A DNA stretch of 52,293 bases, counting the filler, from Basidiobolus ranarum (Eukaryota), in assembly GCA_040143965.1 (NCBI GenBank). It is 3 parts of 3 records of this genome, joined end to end, with 100 filler letters (N's around TTAATTAATTAA, not from the genome) between each part and the next. Parts side by side here need not be neighbours in the genome. Positions count along the whole stretch, not along the records: positions 34,972 to 52,293 come from JASJQH010000307.1; 2 more parts are not named here. One strand, 5' to 3'. Under the pieces are notes generated by a model. It was given only the letters and a program-made list of their open reading frames with translations. It was not told where the DNA came from and did no database searches. Below are positions 36,069-48,731 of the stretch, piece after piece. The translations under genes and the position numbers were made by a program. Position 1 is the first letter of the stretch, and the number at the start of each line of letters is the position of its first letter.

Positions 36069-39000
36069 TTACTCTACATCTCCGCTATTCTCTATTGCTT
36101 TAGGTCCATCGGTTTGAGTATCATGACTACCGTTGTTCTTAGCTTCAGGAGCTGGATCAACATCCATGGAGGTGCTGGCTGACTGTGCTAGAATTGTATT
36201 GTTCGATTCAGTACTTTCACTTGGTGCTGCTAGCTCACGAGGTGGCTGCTCAATATCCGTCTGCTTGTCACCAGATCCGCCGTCGTTATCGAGTAAAGGG
36301 TTTGTTGAAGGTGCCTCTTTCTGCAAGATATCTTCGTCATAGTCTTCATCAGCGATAATTCTTTGAGCTTTGAATTTCTTTTTCAAAGGAAGAGAAGCCT
36401 TGGGTCTTGAAGGTTGCTGATCATTGACATCGTCACCGCCATCGGTAACATGTTGCGAACTGGCAACAGGTGAGTTTCTATCCTCATCATCCTCACTATC
36501 AACAAATTCATTTGATTTGAATTTGGAAGCGGATGTTGGAGTATTTCCAGCTTCACCCCCACTTTCATTATCTCTAAATGGCTTTCTCTTTTTACGAGGA
36601 GTAACATTGCTGCCTTCATCACTGTCAGCAAAAGGTTGAGATCTGTGTTTTTTCTTTAGTGGCTTGGCATCGTCCTCTTCTTCACTATTGATGTACTCTT
36701 TGGACTTCAGTTTCTTTCTAGAACCTCTACTATTATCATCCTCATCGTCATCGTCATCGTCAATGAATTCCTTGGATTTAAATTTCTTCCGGGGAGTGTC
36801 CGAATCGTCATACTCAGGTTTTTTCTGTCGTAGTTTCTTCCGCCGCCCACCTTCCTCATTCTCACCATCACTATCCTGTTTCTTTCGAGGTTTCTTTTCT
36901 TTGGGCTCGCGTTTCTTTCTTTCCCTCAGGTCTTCATCGTCTGATACCACAACGTCACGCTCACGTTCATTGTCTTCTCGAATTTTCTCAAGTAAATACT
37001 TGCGTTGTTCCTCAATCTTTCGCTGCTCCTCGAGCATTTTACGACTCTTCTCTTGTTCGGATTCTTGATATTTTCTTCTCTCAGCCTCGAGTTTTTTTCT
37101 AGACTCCTCCATTCTAGAAAATCTCTCCTGTTCGGCTTTCAATTGCTTTTCCATCTTCTTAGCCAAACTACTTCTCAAAGAATCTCCATGCTTTTCTCTT
37201 TGGATGGCAATATTCCTATCGTAAGGAACATGAATTTCTGCAGGAACGTTGATCAAAGAATTGAAAATATTTTTTGCTATTCCGATTCCATCCAGAGCTT
37301 TGTTCATTTCCGTTACAGAGCGGTGTTCTTCGGGTATATCTCCAACAAGCTGTGCTAAAGATTGTTCGATCAAAGCTAAATCATATAATATAGCCTTATC
37401 CTTTGGAGATAAGTGGAAGGCTTTTTGGACATACTGTCGTGCCTGCTTCATTAACTCTAGACTCTTCTCAGCCTTTGCCGCCAAAAACAGTGTCCTGGCC
37501 ATACAGAGAGTAATATTTGGATCATTTTTGTTGAAGAATTTTTTAAGGCAGCCTTCATATAAAGTATAGGCATTACGATAGTTGCCCAATTCCACATTGA
37601 TATGAGCAAGATTAATCCATAAACCTGGAAGATGTGGTGCAGAATCACGAATTTGTGCAAACATCTCGCGAGCCTCAGCAGAATTACCTCGTTCAGCAGC
37701 AGCAATAGCGATACCAGTGGCGGCAAAAACGTTATTATCATCCAATCTCAGTACTTTATCGAAGAATTCCAGCGCCTTTTTGTACAGTGTAGCCTTTATA
37801 TCTTTCTTTTTTTCGCTACGAGCTAACCCTAAATAGTTATTTCCTAGGGAGCAAAGAGAGTATATATCGTGCTTGTCAATTTCAGTGAGAATACGCTCAA
37901 ACGTTTTACGACTAGGTCTCGTTTGATGCATAGAGGCCTGTAAGCATCCCAACATAGTCCAAGCATCCGCGTTATTATTATCCACACCTAAAACATCTTT
38001 GTACCAATCGGTAGCCTCAGTAAACTTGCCAGAGTTTTGATCCATCAGTCCCATGCGAAGGTAAGGCCCAATGTAATTGGGATGTTTCTCGATAAGCTCC
38101 TTGTATAGCTCCTGAGCCTTAGTGTCCTCGCTATAATCCTCGTGCAGTCTTGCAACGTTGTACTTTGCAGTGGTTGCAATATACTCAGCCTCAGTATCAC
38201 CACCACTAGACAATTCTGTGGCATCTTTGATGGCGCGATCGTACATACGTTTTGCAGAATCATAGTCCCCTAAGAAACAGCAGTCATACAGTTATAAATA
38301 ATGAAAATCAGAACTCTGATCGTTGAGTATCATACCTTCCATATGATGGAGCACAGCAATATTGTTGGTTAGTTCCAAAGGGATCTTAGCTTCGACATTT
38401 TTTTCATTAGCTTTGAAGGCATTTTGGTATGCTGCAAAAATATTCACTAGTCAATATTTAAAGGTTGCGATGTCAATAAAAGGAGGTATCACCTTTAAGA
38501 GCCTTCTTGGAATCAACATCCTCGAGCATCTGACCCATCTGAACAAACATAGATGTATCGGTTAAATCTTCAGAATTCTCGTCCTCTAGGATTTTAGTAG
38601 CTCTATCGAAGTATTCGACGGCGCGTTGTTTTTCTTCAGCGCTGGAAGCGTACAAAGAGCCAAGGATCTGCCAAGAATAATGATTATTAAGAGGTATTAT
38701 GAAAGGCAGCAGTTCAGCGGAAATTTACCACTAGAGTCTCAGAACTTTTAGGGAACTTGAGCAAGAGCTTCTGGAAAATATCAATAGCCAAGCTACGTTC
38801 GCCTAATGAGCCCACACAAGCAGTCAGTTACTAATTCTCAACAAGAATACGTTTCTTTAAAACTAACCTCTATAAATGTGCATTTGTCCGAGGCCAAACT
38901 GGGCTAAAACATGGTCTGGATTAAGCTTGGCAGCTTTGTGATAATGGCTTGTAGCTTCTGTGTATTTTTTCTGATAAATTGTATACAGTTAAATACTGGA

Positions 39001-40394
39001 TGATATTGATAGGAATCGAATATGATTACCATCTGATGGTAAGCTCTTCCAAGTTGAAAATGTGACTCGGCTTGAATTGCTAGTGTATCAGCATTTGCTG
39101 CTGCGATTGAAGCAAAGCTAAGGGCCTATAGTTTGTCAGTTTAAAGTCTTTACCGGTACTAATACATGAAGCACGACTTACTTTTTTTATTTGCCTACGG
39201 AAGAAGAATTGCTCTGCAAGATGATTTGAAATAACGGCATGCTTAACATTGATTTTGTGGCCATTTTCCAAATATCTCACAGCCATCTCCAAGTATTCCA
39301 TTTTATCACTGCTATCAGAAGCCAAACTTCTTTTGAATTCATTGAAATTCATAATCGCCAGGAACGACAATGCATCGGCATTATGTTCATTCTATTTTCA
39401 AATTGATTAACAGATGATACCACAACTCCAGTAATTTTACTTCTAACTTACAACTTCTAAAGCTCTATCAAAAGCTTCTTTTGCTTCGTTCAACATCCCG
39501 AGTTTGTGGAAGCAGAGTCCAATACCAACTCTAACATCTGGCTTTCCTTCAGGATTGAGAACCAAGACCTGTTGATAAGTAGCGAGTGCTACTTTGAATA
39601 GCTTCCGATGATATTGAATCCTAGCCTAAATACGAGTCAGTATACCATATAGTATTAAGTACTGTAGTGGATAAATATACTTTTCCAAGAAGTGCTGGAA
39701 TATTATCTGGGTCTTGTTCAAGCACCAACTGGAATTGACGTAACGCGTCGTCTGGTTGCTTTTTGGCCATATATAAAAGACCTAAATTACAGAAATAGGT
39801 CATATTGAATAAGAAGTTCGACTAAAAGTGCTACAACCTATGAAAATAAAAACAAGTGATTTATATACCAACCTTTCCCTAGCCAAGTCAATTGTACTCT
39901 TGGGTTAATTCTATCGGCTTCATTATAATACTTGGCTGCCTCTTCAAGATATCTACTTTTCTTTGTGCCTAGCGCGGTTTTTGCCCTGAGCAAAAATACA
40001 GCGGCCAAACAATTCAAAAGAGGTATTCTAGTTGATGAATCGGTATTGTATCCTTGTGAATAAACGGTATATATGAGCTTAAATCGATTAAGGATTGAGT
40101 GGAATTTGGAATAATACCAGCAGACAAGCCCTGTTCAAGAACCACCACTACTTCATCTATTCTGTTACGATCATAATATTGAAGCTTCAAGGGATTTAGA
40201 ATTTTATGAATACCAAATGCTTTGCAAACAAATTATCGAATATTTACCGCCAGCTCTAGGTAAATGTTTAACGGTGCTTCTTCCTGTTGAAGAATGTCAA
40301 GAAGCTCTTTAGCTTCTTCTGGTAATTGAGAACAATCGATTTCGAGTACATTATCGGATCCTTTCAGAGGGATCTCGAGAATGTCTGAGGACAT
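36069..40394 (-). CDS. CTR9: PAF1 complex TPR subunit Ctr9, multi-exon
   Basis: N-terminus MSSDILEIPLKGSDNVLEIDC...ELLDILQQEEAPL; TPRs including PDVRVGIGLCF, KYNVARLHE and NVFAATGIAI; long acidic/basic C-terminal tail. Confidence 0.95.
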
Positions 40395-40796
40395 CTTTCA
40401 GAAGAACGTTGATTGAAGTGAATTAGCAAAACAGCAACTTGATATAAACGGATTCGGTCGTTTATCGAATTTCGCGATATTAGTTCCAAAAGTGAAAGTA
40501 ATGCTATAAATTTTAAAATGATTTTTTATTCGACTATCAATGGTGATTTAACCCTAGAATTTTATAAAACTGAATAAAATAAATGCAGTTTAAGATGCTT
40601 TGGTAGCTGAATTTCTATATAAACAAATAACTTGAACATAATTGGATTTTCTACTCCTACGTTTATTACTTGGTATCATCACAAATCTAGAATGTTTCCG
40701 ATGATATTCAGTCGATACATTAACTGGTACGAGATAAATGTATTAGCTCATTCCGCCGAATAGATGAACATTTCAGCAAGTCGCGTCGCGTGTAAG

Positions 40797-40815
40797 GTCA
40801 CATGGATCATGTGAC
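40797..40815. promoter_or_regulatory. Inverted pair of E-box-like sites (GTCACATG-gat-CATGTGAC) in the CTR9/TAF4 divergent promoter
   Basis: Perfect 8-bp inverted repeat with a 3-nt spacer, preceded by GTCGCGTCGCGT. Regulatory role is inferred. Confidence 0.4.
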
Positions 40816-41048
40816 TGTCCTATCAGAATTGGTGGATTCTACGGAAATGAGATTCGTATTCGCCATGCAAGTCGACTAAGGGTCCATATTATCAAAAGCA
40901 TTCATTCAATCCTTCAGAAGCAACTCTGTGTTTTACATACCTGTACACTCCCAAACTCGAAAGAAAGCTAGATTTCGTTCTGAATACTGTTTAAACAAAC
41001 TTAGATTTGAATGTGTTTTCTCTAAGTACGCTTTTAAAAACAGTAAAT

Positions 41049-44000
41049 ATGCCCGACAACCTAGATGACATTGATCTTTCAAATACGGAGGCTTCAGAAA
41101 GTTTTTTAGATATTATTTCAAATAGTTCAGAGGATCATGCAGCAGAAATACAAAATATAGTAAATACCCTACATACTGATGTCGATGCGGGGGAATTTAA
41201 CATTGATTTGGATGAATTACTATCTGGTACTGAATCTGCCGAATTCTACAATTCTGATAGCATAGCAGATCCGTCGACTGTAGCAGAGATCGACTCCATT
41301 ACTGCAAGAGTTCTAGGAACAACTCATCTTACGCCATATCAATCAGAAGCTAGTCCTACACAGGATATGAAATTGTTAGCTGTGCCAACCGGATTATCCA
41401 ATTCAAGTTCGGCCCCTGCAACTCCCACAGGAATCAATTCCTCCATTACTGAGAATAAAACTTCACATCAGCCAGAAAAAATCATTCAAAATCAGCAACC
41501 AACACTACAAAAAGCATCCTCTGCTCCACCACAGCCTGTTGGTTCGTCGGATCTTGTGTCTCCGACTACAAGTTCGAATTTAAATCATAGGAGTTTGTCA
41601 GCAAAGCCCACAGAAGATCGACCTGCCAATCTAAAACAATTTGCAATTTCACGACCTGATCTAAATGTCCAAAAGACGTCCTTATCTACCATGAATACTG
41701 CTGAGTCATTTCGAGGAGTGTCTTCTACACCTATCTCTGCCTCTAGCTCAGGTACTAGACCCTCTGCCCCAGCTTCAATCTCCATTACAAGGCCAAATCT
41801 GACAAAACCGCTAGTGAGATTACCTATAACTCCAAGTGTAGGTAATTCACCTTCTTTACAATCAGCGCCTATTCGTCCTGGAGCTACAGCTGGTGCAAGT
41901 TCTGGAGCACAAGGTAGTATGCTAGCTTATTTTATTACTCAAAATTACCAAAAAAATAATTTTAACTGGGATTCGTAAATTTGGAATTTTTATTACTCAA
42001 GCTTCCGGACATACGCTATTAGATACTATTCTTAGTCAGCTACCACCAGAAAAGCAGGATATATTGAATGAACTATTTCGACAACTTCAGGTTTTGTTAA
42101 AATAAGACATATATTCCTTTTCAACTATTTTTTAATTGTAATTGTTTACCTATAGCAACATCATATAAGTTCCGATATTTTTTTATCACAAGCTCGAAGG
42201 CTTTTGGGTACGCAACACTCTAAACTGCTGTCAGATATTCCTCGCCGACCACCACGACATTCTACCAACAACCAAGCTGCTCAGCAGGCCCCTCGTCCAC
42301 CCCGAGCAACTCCCCTTTCCAACCGTACACACCCCGCTTTACCAGCATATAATGCATTTATGAAGAGACGCCAGGCCGAGCAACAAATGGCTTCACCAAT
42401 AATGTTGGTTTCACTTACTATTCAAACATTGTAAACTGTTCTAATTATGTAAATATATAGGACTGCTGCAAAGAAGCTCAAAACCGATGGTAGTTCAAGT
42501 ATTCCTGGTTCTCCGCTTAGGCCATCTATTTCCCCCTCATCTCCCTCTATTCCATCTGTTCAGCCGCCTTCGCCGATGGTATCAACTCCTAACATCGCTT
42601 CACCTCGAGTTGCAAGTAAGTTCATTATATGTCATACTCGATTTCTAGACAATTAAACAGATATCTAATAACAAATATTTATCATGATGGTGTAATTGTA
42701 GCTCCAACTATTGGACGGCCTCCATCTAATATTCAAAGGTGAGTCTAAATGTCTTATAGCTTCACTCATATCGACATTAATCATTGGTTTTCATTATTGT
42801 TAATAGCAAAACCCAAACCGGAAATTCGAGTGGACAAGATGATAAAGTTGATTTTGACGCACTTACCGATGTCATGGGATATGTGGGCGTAGATCTTAAA
42901 GTAAATATTACATGTACTTACTACTGGTTCTGAAGCATAATCATTTAAACGTAAAATCTACACGTGCTTGGTAGGAAGAGTCGGATAATATCTTGAGGGA
43001 GAGCGAAACACTTAGTAAACATAATGGTTTAGGAGTCGTGGAAGCAGACCAATCTAAAACCCAGGATTTTATGAGCTTGTCTGTATTGAAAAAGATAGTG
43101 GGCAAGATAGGTAACAAACAAGTGTCTAGTTTTGATTCCATTTATAGTGATATTAAGATATTTATGTTTATAGCGGAGCCACATAGACTTTCTGGGATAG
43201 ACCCTGATTTTATGGTTTATCTAGCTTTGGCGGCACAAGAGCGTCTCAAGTCATTAGTAGAGCAAATGATTGTGGCCAGCAAGCATCGAGTAGTGTCTCA
43301 TCACATTCCTCCCCCTCCTCTAGATGCAAATCATCACCCTATGTATAAGATAGTTGTAAACCAAGATGTTAAAAAACAGCTTTTGGCACTGGAACGTGTG
43401 GAGCGAGAGGGTGAGCGACATCGTAAAAGGATGATTTCTGATCGTGAAAAGAGATTAGCTCAAGAGAATACCGAAAGTGAGGACAAAGAGGATGGAAAAG
43501 AGGGAGAGAATAAAAAATCAAAGAAGGTCCGTCGAAAAGAAGGAAGTGGACCTGGTGTTACTGCTAGAAATATGAGTGAAGATATACGTAAGAAAATCAC
43601 CAATCAAACAGCTTTGCTAAGTGCAGGTGGTGTAAGAAAAAGTTGGATGCTAATGGGTGCTGGAGGAGATGGTGGATCTTCAGCTGCTGCGTCTAGTAAA
43701 ACTGCAACTTCATCTCCAGCTCAGTCACCTCGTCCCCAGTCTCCGACAATCAAAACGAAACCTACTCCCACAGTTACTCCGGAAGTTCTTACCCCAACAA
43801 CACCGCAAGCGACAGTTCAGAAATCTCATCCGTCCAACACGTCAAACTATACCCCTTCTCCGTTAGCTAATCGTGGTCGAGGTAGACCTAGTAAATCACA
43901 TTTGCGTAATGCTCTAAAAGGGGGGCTAGCACCGCAGAGATCACAATCCGCACCTGGATTTGTATTACCTCCGTCCACAGTTAACCGGCCATCCTCGGTA

Positions 44001-44141
44001 GGTCCTCCTAATGCTTCCGCAGTTAGGAAAGTTACCGTACGCGATGCGTTGTTTTGTTTAGAGAGGGATACAGCAGCTCCAGTTGGATATGGAAATGGTG
44101 AACGTGTACTTTTGAAGGTGTATACCAAATGGCAGAAATAG
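41049..44141 (+). CDS. TAF4: TFIID subunit Taf4 (RST-like domain + histone fold + C-terminal conserved region), multi-exon
   Basis: DALTDVMGYVGVDLKEE, DFMVYLALAAQERLKSLVEQMIVASKHR, TNQTALLSAGG...SWM and RKVTVRDALFCLERD. Confidence 0.92.
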
Positions 44142-44415
44142 ATTTTATATTACTCTTGCTTTTTAAAATAAATATTTAATGATTTCCAGTTCGAGTTCGA
44201 TTGATTTTGATAGCTGTACGAACTCCCTCATTGCAATACTAAATTGTGTCTAAACGAAGATTATTTTAATGCAATTTTGCGAATTGATTTATTTCTTGAA
44301 AGAATCACAATGTGTGTATAATATTTGAAGTGAAGAAAAAGGATGTTACTTGTTCTTCATGCTTGAAAGTGAAACGATGGATAAGTTTGAAACTGCTGAA
44401 GGTAATGAAGTAAAT

Positions 44416-44998
44416 TTATTGGGCAGGTACTCCAGAATCGTAGGCAGCAAGCTCAGCGGAGATATCTTCGTTGATCTTAGGGACCTGATGAGAAGAGTAA
44501 ATGATTAGGTGGACGATTAAGATTGAGCTGAATACTCTGAAAGTCTACCTCAGGGGCGGCAGGGAGCTTAAGGTCCTTAACCTGGCCGACTTCAGCACCA
44601 GCAGCCTTGATATAAAGTTAGCAGAGAAACAATCAACGCTAGCGAATTAAAATTACTCACTTGAGTGCTAGGCTTGTAGCCCTTCAAGGATTTGAGGTAA
44701 ATCTCCTGAACAACATCTATTTCGAAGCATGTATAAGATACTGGACATTTTTGAATCGAAGCAATAACCGAAAAATCGAACCTTTCATTTGAACAGCTTG
44801 GGAAGAGAAGCTGCGAACGACAGTGGCAGAAGCGAGAGGGGTCTATAAGGATTGATAATGTTAATGCTCTGAATATTTAAATAGTTCGTGGGGCAAGCAT
44901 AATGCAACAAATGCCCAACAAAAAGAGTTGGCCGTTTAACAAACAGCACAATATAAACTTATACATACTCTCAAAGAAGCGGTAGCAAGAGCGTACAT
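44416..44998 (-). CDS. ATP14: Mitochondrial ATP synthase subunit h (Atp14), 5 exons
   Basis: MYALATASLR|TPLASATVVRSFSSQAVQMK|DVVQEIYLKSLKGYKPSTQ|AAGAEVGQVKDLKLPAAPE|VPKINEDISAELAAYDSGVPAQ*: a presequence plus the DxVQxxYLKxLKxYKP motif. Missed by the ORF track. Confidence 0.9.
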
Positions 44999-45528
44999 AG
45001 TGTCTGAATTTGGTGAACGAAAAAGGTCAGCAGATAGGCTAAAGTACCAAGTACACTGAACTTTTGTCGGGCTATACTAATCAACGACCAGCCCGAGGTT
45101 GTAAAAACAGGGGTATTCAAATCTTGTCAATCTTGGGGTAATTTCGGTTGCTCGTTGCTTTCATCCACCCCAAACCATGGTGGCTGGCTTTCCCGCATTG
45201 AATAATTATAATTTTTTTGATCACGCACGCTCAATCTTGAATCTTGTCTGAGAGTCTTTCGGATTAGACTCAACTAATCAGAGCACAAATAACAACTCCG
45301 AATTTCGACAGTATTTTCGTACTTGATTGATTTATTTTTAATCCAAGATGTATTCTAGACAAAATTAATTAGTTTAGTGTTTGTCATTTTTTTATCGAAT
45401 TTTTTTGCTCTGGAACCATTCAACTGCCACAAGTAACGATATGGATTTTTACAGTATCTACCTATTGTTTATTATAAAGATAATAACGGCTAGAACGGTT
45501 ATCTAAGTTATTGGTTCTATCACTCGCG

Positions 45529-46258
45529 ATGGTAATACGTCATGTAATCTAATGAATCTACTTTGAGTTTATTAACATTGAATTCTATGCCATCATCCAC
45601 GTAGCTACCTCTTTCCCTACTGAATACTGCACAAGGACACCCGATGGTAATTCTAATTTCATCAGCATGAATCCACTTGATCTAAAACGTTAACATTATC
45701 AATCTATATTCAGCTGGTGGAGTTGAAAAGCGGTGAAACATACAATGGGCATTTAGTCAACTGTGATAATTTTATGAATCTTACTTTACGTGAAGTCATT
45801 CAAACTTCTCCTGTAAGTTAACCCTTTATAATTTTCCAACTTTGAGTGACTTTATTTGTCATAGAAAAGAACGGTTCGAGTAAGATCTCTTAAAGCATAT
45901 GCTAAATTATTTTTCATTTAATAGGAAGGAGATCGTTTCTGGCGTTTGCCTGAATGTTACATCAGAGGTAGCACAATTAAGTACCTTCGCATTCCTGATG
46001 AGGTATTTTCTTGACTATCCTTGAATCCATAGAGAAACACTGGGCTAATTTTGTTATTACCATCTAGATCGTGGATATGGTAAAAGAGGACAATAGAAAG
46101 AATGGTGGTGGACGCGGCGGTCGTGGCGGTAGGGGTCAAGGTAGATGGGGCAACCGTGGTGGAGGTGGTGGTAGAGGAGGTAGTTATTTTTCTTGAATGT
46201 ACACGTGGTTTATTTTACTAAGCAATTCATATATTAAGGTCGTGGTGGTAAACAATAA
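45529..46258 (+). CDS. LSM4: U6 snRNA-associated Sm-like protein Lsm4, 6 exons (first exon is the ATG only)
   Basis: [81 protein letters not shown] followed by an RGG tail. Confidence 0.96.
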
Positions 46259-46714
46259 TCAAAAGTCGACCAAGTGATTCTTCACTTATAATAATGTTAC
46301 TTGATGATAGCCTTCATTAAGCTGGTCTCCAGTGTTCATATTATTATGTACCTTTGTATCGTCATTCTGGAACTAACCTATTTTCCGCCTTGTAATAAAG
46401 TTTGCAAAGTGTCATGTTTGAAATACCAAAAATAAACACGTAGCTAGCTGTTTTATACGATATATAATAGGTATACTTTGCACTACGTAAACTGTGCCTC
46501 ATCGCACTTCAGGGTTTCTACAGTGTTATGGATATGGTACACTTGAATGAAAGCCAGAGGGTGTAGCAATAAAGAATGATGGTAATTTCAACCGTGTTGG
46601 ATAATATGTTCAACATTAGAATGATGCTAACAGGTATGTCAGTTTTATTGATAATAATATGATACAGAGAATGGGAATGATATCCAAGGAAATGATATCC
46701 AAGGTGGTTACAGT

Positions 46715-48197
46715 TCATTGACATTTTATTGTACTGACCAATGTTACCTTCAAATTGATTGGTTTCATATCTCGATCTAGTTTCAATCCGTTGCTATGAA
46801 TTGAACCCTTTGGTAGAGTGATAGTGAATCTGGATAGAATAGTAGCAAGAATTCCACCAATATGCTGCCTCGAAAAGCTAGCACCGATGCCTATATTTTG
46901 AAGGTTAGTTCAGTTATATCAAAGAAAATGAAGGTAAGACGTTACATTCTCTGGGGCCACCACCAAAGGCTAACCATTCATATGCATTGGTATTGGCAGT
47001 GGTTAAAAATCTTCGAGGGTTAAAGCTGTAGGGGTCTTCCCAAATCTCTGGATCGTAATGGAGGGACCTTGTATCAACTGTTATTGGTGTATTTGGGGGA
47101 AGAACATAATCACCAAACTGTACAGTTTCCTTCGTGATCCTAGTGTCAAGAGTAGTTGGAACGGGATTCATGCGCAGAGTTTCCTTTATAATAGCTGACA
47201 AATAAGTCATACTACCCGCCAATGATACTTTTTGTTGATCTCGTAAAGTATCTAGTGCCTCAACTCGAGCTTCTTGCTGAGCCTTGGGATTGACAGCAAT
47301 GTAGTACATAGCTGCGGCCAATGTATTAGGCATGGATTCGTAACCTGCCCAGATGAGCCCAAATACTATATCCCGTATTTCTACAGGCGTAAAGGGTTGT
47401 TCGTCACTGAGTAAGGCCGATATCAGATCTGAGTCTTTGTAAGTTTTCAAATTGTCAGCTTTTCTCTCTATAATTCCATAGAGAATGGCATTCATCTCCT
47501 CGACTTTCTGATGGATATCAGGGCGCCCAACAAATGGAATATACTCTAAGAATGGAAGCAAGAAATACCTCCGACTTCCCAACTCTTGTTCAATCGAGGT
47601 GAAATACTCCATCAGACTGCTCATGGCTGAATCAGGCTCTTGATTAAAGATGAGGTGACATAATATATCCAGCACTACCTGTCGCATACACTGTAGAATA
47701 TCTACTTCCTTTTCACTCTTCTCTATCCATGTCTCAATGCGTCTATTAATCAGCTTGGATACAACTTCTACATGGTCAGGGCGTTGGAATATAGGGGTGA
47801 TAGCATCACTGTATCTCAACCATTTGCTAGCATTGGAATGTCTTGTATTGATGCTTAGAAACTTCGCTATCAGAGAGCTTGGCCTTTCCAAAGTTGGAAG
47901 TATTTTGGGATATTTCAATGGACTCGTGAGTATAGTCTGGGCATACTCAGGCTTCGAAACGTTTACGATCCACTTCCCGAGATATTCAATATAAATGCCT
48001 TCTGTTTTGCCTGCAGAGGGTACAACTTTCTGGCAACGTTCATCCCCGTCTCTCTTGGAAAACAGTTTAAGTATGGAGACTCTGGGTAACTTCTCCAAAT
48101 ATTCTGGGCATCGAATTCGATCCGTTACGAAGGCGATTAGTACTATGAATACTCCCAGCAATAATACTGAGATATTTTGAGGTATCTCCACAGCCAT
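46715..48197 (-). CDS. Cytochrome P450, one intron splitting the heme Cys codon
   Basis: N-terminal transmembrane anchor, I-helix AGYES, ETLR, FNPRRF and FGGGPREC|IG; the last exon ends KVTLVSTIKCQ*. Confidence 0.93.
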
Positions 48198-48731
48198 ACT
48201 TTGACAAAGTTATTTAGTGAATTCGTACAGAAAAAGGAGTCAAGATATTCAGAAAGCAAAAGGATGAACAAAAGTATTTAAAGGAATTTCACTAGATTCA
48301 CATTTTGAGCAGAAGTTTGAGTATCGTTGCTTCGTAGTACAAAACGCTCGTGATTATAGTAGTAAAAATCACGGTTTCTCCACATATTTGTCAATTCAAC
48401 AGCCAGTGGCAACCAATTGATACATTAATGGATGTAATACAAGAGTACGTAAATTGCTGAGTTATAGCAATACTATGAAACATTTGAATAAGTCAAAGTT
48501 AGTAACACAGTGTAGTTCGCCTTTGGGTCTTGTATTTACCTATGGCTGTATACCAAGTGAATACATCTTCGATCTACTCTCTGTCTTCTTGAATCTCACA
48601 CATTTGATAAAATATGCTGAAAATCCTTGAATATGTTGACTTTGCTTTCCCTACCGCAGTGTTAACAGCATATATTCACATCAATCTCAAGCTATAAATA
48701 GCTTTAGTTAGCGATTACAATCTTCAAATAT

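Noticed and set aside
40034..40097. CTR9 intron containing TCCTTAAT as a possible U12-type intron
   Set aside because: The donor is GTATTATT, not GTATCCTT; no U12 consensus donor was noticed in any intron examined.
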